In this document: one piece after another, positions 23,461-26,554 of the stretch
Layout: each line of letters starts with the position of its first letter
How positions within the stretch are numbered: position 1 is the first letter of the stretch
Assembly (NCBI GenBank): GCA_964391445.1
Contig: CAYMJZ010000001.1
Coordinates: 1 to 26,554, forward strand
Direction of reading: 5' to 3'
From: Candidatus Woesearchaeota archaeon
Lineage (GTDB): Archaea; Nanobdellota; Nanobdellia; Pacearchaeales; GW2011-AR1
Length of the DNA: 26,554 nt
Program-made: the position numbers and the translations under genes
Notes under the pieces: generated by a model
Told to the model about the DNA's origin: nothing
Database searches by the model: none
What the model saw: the letters and a program-made list of their open reading frames with translations, nothing else

Positions 23461-25231
23461 CCAAGGCCTCCGCGCTAGCTTTCTTAGCTTCTGAATAATC
23501 ATCAATTCCCTTCTGAATAATTTTGCTTATTTCATTGATATCCTTAGCAAAAATCTCTAAATTATTCTTAGAGTCCAGAAAAGAGTTCATTAACATCTCT
23601 TCTATCTTTGCAAGCCCTACTTTTCCTTCACCATCAAGACCAAGATTAAATAATATTGTAGGAAGCTCTCCAATAACAAGACCAATACAACACATCTTAT
23701 TGATAATCAAATCAACAACATGTTCTTCCATCGTATCTTTAGTTGCTAAACTATAAATTTGCATGTCTCTGGTCTGTCCAATCCTGTCAAGTCTTCCAAT
23801 TCTCTGTTCGACAGACATAGGGTTCCATGGCAAGTCATAATTAATAAGAACATTACAAAATTGAAAGTTCAGACCTTCAGCACCGGTATCAGTACTTATC
23901 ATTATCTGAGCATCTTTCTTGAACTGTGCAATCTTTTCAGTCTTTTCCTCACGAGTCAAGCCCCCGATAAACTCCACTATTTTAAGGTTATAAGGCTCTA
24001 GCTTCTCTATTATATATTTCAAAGTGGTAGGATGCCTTGTATAAAGCAATATCTTTGCATTTTTATCTTGTTTTAAAACATTATCTATTATCTCAACAAG
24101 CTTCTCTATTTTTGAGTCTTTTTTCAATTTAGAATATGCATCAATTATATCTTGAGCAATCTGCCTGGTTTCAGAATGATATTTATCGCTCTCAACAATT
24201 CTTGAAAGAGATTCTATAGCAGACCTAGACGAACTTGTTACTTTAGGTAATATTGCGTATAATATTAGCTTTCCCCTTAACTCATCTCCTGTCGCAGAAA
24301 AATACTTTGTCTTTAATAGATCACATATAGAATCATAAATTTTCTTCTCTTCTGAAGTTAGATGAACTACTTCGATCTTGGGTATTCTTTTCTTGTATTC
24401 TATACCTGTTTCTTCTCTTTTTCTACGAAGCATAACTTCTTGTAACCTTCTTCTTAATTCAAGAGGATTTAGTGGCTTTCTTTTATTACCTCTAAAAAGA
24501 AACTTCTGTCTAAATTCTTGTATTGTTCCTAGGTGACCTCTTCTTAACAGATGTAATAAATTATACAATTCAAGCAAGTCATTCTGAAAAGGAGTAGCGG
24601 TCAAAAGTAAAAATCTTTTTTTCTGCATCCTATCCACAAATCTCCATCTAGTAGTATTTCTCTGTTTGAGTTTATGAGCCTCATCTACAATAAGCAAATC
24701 CCATGGAATATCATGTGCCTTAGAATGTCTAAATTTTCCAGCGTCTTTGTCAAATATCTTAACTTTATCAATAGAAGCAATGGCCAAATCTACACTATCC
24801 CAATCAGATTCAGTTTCAATTATCTTAAAATCCATGTTGAATTTCTCCCTTAGTTCTGCAACCCATTGATCAACTAGAGAGGGAGGAGTCAAAATCAAAA
24901 TTTTAGAAACAAATCCTCGTACAAGACATTCCTTAATAACAAAGCCTGTTGTAATTGTCTTTCCCAAACCAACTTCATCAGCAAGAAGAGCAGAACCATT
25001 CATTTCTCGAAGAATGTGTAAAGCTCCTTCAGTCTGATGAGGCAACTTGTAAGTAAGATTATCTTTGACTAAATCATAACAAGCAAGAGCATTAAGTTCA
25101 GTATTTTTCTCAAGTTTAATAGCATCTACCTTAAGATTAGCAACATCTGCACTTCCAAATTTTCTTTGCTCTACTTTCTCAAGAACATCAAGATCATCAT
25201 CAGAAAAACTCTCGTCAATTATAATTGCCAC
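23438..25231 (-). CDS. SNF2-family helicase/ATPase, YqhH-like
   Basis: LPHQ, ADEVGLGKT, TPPSLVDQW, DEAH, TATP, STDTGAEGLN and QRIGRLDRIGQ motifs. GTG start with SD GAGGTG at 25246..25241. Confidence 0.92.
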   Translation of the reverse strand: MAIIIDESFSDDDLDVLEKVEQRKFGSADVANLKVDAIKLEKNTELNALACYDLVKDNLTYKLPHQTEGALHILREMNGSALLADEVGLGKTITTGFVIKECLVRGFVSKILILTPPSLVDQWVAELREKFNMDFKIIETESDWDSVDLAIASIDKVKIFDKDAGKFRHSKAHDIPWDLLIVDEAHKLKQRNTTRWRFVDRMQKKRFLLLTATPFQNDLLELYNLLHLLRRGHLGTIQEFRQKFLFRGNKRKPLNPLELRRRLQEVMLRRKREETGIEYKKRIPKIEVVHLTSEEKKIYDSICDLLKTKYFSATGDELRGKLILYAILPKVTSSSRSAIESLSRIVESDKYHSETRQIAQDIIDAYSKLKKDSKIEKLVEIIDNVLKQDKNAKILLYTRHPTTLKYIIEKLEPYNLKIVEFIGGLTREEKTEKIAQFKKDAQIMISTDTGAEGLNFQFCNVLINYDLPWNPMSVEQRIGRLDRIGQTRDMQIYSLATKDTMEEHVVDLIINKMCCIGLVIGELPTILFNLGLDGEGKVGLAKIEEMLMNSFLDSKNNLEIFAKDINEISKIIQKGIDDYSEAKKASAEALDGTVEAV

Positions 25232-25302
25232 AATACATACACCTCGGAAAACAAAATCAGAATTACAGGTTTTTAAGAATGATTATACTAAAAATTACTC
25301 CT

Positions 25303-25599
25303 TCAATTATTTTTTCTTCTTGAAAAATCGGAATTAACATAATCTGGACCAAGAAGAACCCTAAGATAAGATTCTCCCTGACTTGGTAAAATAAATGGTC
25401 CTGAAGTGCCTAATATTTCTCCAGTAGTTACCTGCCCATTTGAAGAAACAAACTCTTCCATTCTAGTCACAGTATAAGCCATAGATCCTATAGGAGGGTG
25501 CAATAGAGAAGCATCTATCCCAAAACAGCTTACTCTTCTTGGAATATGAGCTATCTTAGCTCCCTTAAATTCAACATATTCTGCAACACGTATTTCCAT
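25303..25599 (-). CDS. Hypothetical protein (98 aa)
   Basis: Start moved to ATG 25599; its TTTAAATA box (25628..25621) overlaps the serS stop codon. Confidence 0.55.
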   Translation of the reverse strand: MEIRVAEYVEFKGAKIAHIPRRVSCFGIDASLLHPPIGSMAYTVTRMEEFVSSNGQVTTGEILGTSGPFILPSQGESYLRVLLGPDYVNSDFSRRKNN

Positions 25600-25623
25600 A
25601 AAAAACCTCAAAAATGACCTTAT

Positions 25624-26554
25624 TTAAACCTGTTTCTTTCCACCAATAACTTTCTTACCATGCATATATGGAAGTAAAGCTTTAGGAATATCTACGCTCC
25701 CATCTTTGTTCTGATAATTTTCAAGTATTGCAACCATTGCCCTTGAAGTAGCAATAGCTGTATTATTCAAAGTATGAGGAACATACTTATCTTTGTTTCC
25801 AGGGTCAACTCTAATCTTTAACTTGCGAGCTTGAGCATCTGTCAAGTTAGAACATGAACCAACTTCAAAATAAGTTTTCTTTCTAGGAGACCATGCTTCA
25901 ATGTCAACTTGAACATGTTTCAAATCTCCCAAATCTCCAGAACATATTCCTAAAATACGAATAGGAATATCCAAATCTCTGAAAATTTCAACAGTTACTG
26001 CTTGAATTTCTTCATAAAACTTCATAGAATCTTCAGGTTTGCAAATTACAACCATTTCAACTTTGTTAAATTGATGACTTCGATATAATCCCTTTTCATC
26101 AATTCCATGGCTCCCTATCTCCTTTCTAAAGCACATAGAGTAAGAAGCAAATTTCATAGGTAATTGTTTTTCAGTTAAAATTGTATCAACATATCTTCCA
26201 ATCATTGAATGTTCACTAGTACCTATTAAATAAGAGTCCTCTCCATCTATCTTGTATATTTGATTCTTCATATCATCTAAAGAAGTAACATTATTCATTA
26301 CAGAAGAACGCAACATTAAAGGAGTTTCAACATAAGTGAATCCCTTGCTAACTAATTTGTCAATAGCAAATCTAATTAACGCTTGGTTTAACAAAGCCAA
26401 ATCTCCTTGCAAATAGTAAAATCCATTCCCTGAAGTTTTAGCAGATGCATCAAAATCAGCAACTCCCAAATTTTCAGCTATTTCAGAATGACTTTTAACT
26501 TCAAAGCCAAATTCCTTAGGTTTTCCAATTTTACGCATTGTAACGTTTTCAGAA
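25624..26554 (-). CDS. serS: Seryl-tRNA synthetase, C-terminal catalytic part (5' end outside the window)
   Basis: Motif 2 CFRKEIGSHG..GLYRSHQFNKVEM, GTSEH, EVGSCSN and HTLNNTAIATSR. The frame stays open to the window edge, so ATG 26538 is internal. Confidence 0.97.
   Translation of the reverse strand, partial: SENVTMRKIGKPKEFGFEVKSHSEIAENLGVADFDASAKTSGNGFYYLQGDLALLNQALIRFAIDKLVSKGFTYVETPLMLRSSVMNNVTSLDDMKNQIYKIDGEDSYLIGTSEHSMIGRYVDTILTEKQLPMKFASYSMCFRKEIGSHGIDEKGLYRSHQFNKVEMVVICKPEDSMKFYEEIQAVTVEIFRDLDIPIRILGICSGDLGDLKHVQVDIEAWSPRKKTYFEVGSCSNLTDAQARKLKIRVDPGNKDKYVPHTLNNTAIATSRAMVAILENYQNKDGSVDIPKALLPYMHGKKVIGGKKQV

Noticed and set aside
540-24001. Short ORF-track entries 540-743, 1555-1740, 2865-3059, 5241-5468, 6012-6200, 10826-11098, 11966-12154, 16134-16493, 19106-19306, 19604-19813, 21389-21643, 23523-23756, 23759-24001
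   Set aside because: They are antisense or out-of-frame shadows largely or wholly overlapping longer, better-supported genes, with no motifs or promoters of their own.
1-26554. CRISPR array, rRNA genes, IS transposases
   Set aside because: No regularly spaced repeats, no long GC-rich structural RNA, and no transposase motifs were seen on reading the window.

Overview
AT-rich archaeal window, most consistent with a DPANN (Pacearchaeota/Woesearchaeota-like) chromosome. Support for this: a group II chaperonin, BHB-type tRNA introns, no encoded CCA ends, and TATA boxes about 22-29 nt upstream of start codons. The lineage is inferred, not searched. Left half (1-13223) is accessory. It holds three surface-protein genes, a coupled four-gene operon (HAD hydrolase, degenerate TyrRS-fold protein fused to a winged helix, B12-radical SAM enzyme, nucleoside deoxyribosyltransferase-like protein), and a candidate island next to tRNA-Gly. 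The island carries a tyrosine integrase, an SPPY-type amino-methyltransferase and a Zn-ribbon/wHTH + MORC-like GHKL ATPase + wHTH operon whose promoter carries tandem 15-bp palindromes. Right half is mostly core genes mixed with short orphans: tRNA-Gly(GCC) and tRNA-Val(TAC) with introns, tRNA-Ala(GGC), a SEC11-type signal peptidase, an intact GGDEF diguanylate cyclase, thermosome, a Trx-like oxidoreductase, an SFM1-like SPOUT methyltransferase, a YqhH/YqhG-like SNF2 pair and the 3' part of serS. The best candidates for undescribed biology are the TyrRS-fold-wHTH/radical SAM operon, the GHKL/MTase module with no recognisable nuclease, and the archaeal GGDEF enzyme. All family assignments come from motif recognition by eye; no database search was run.
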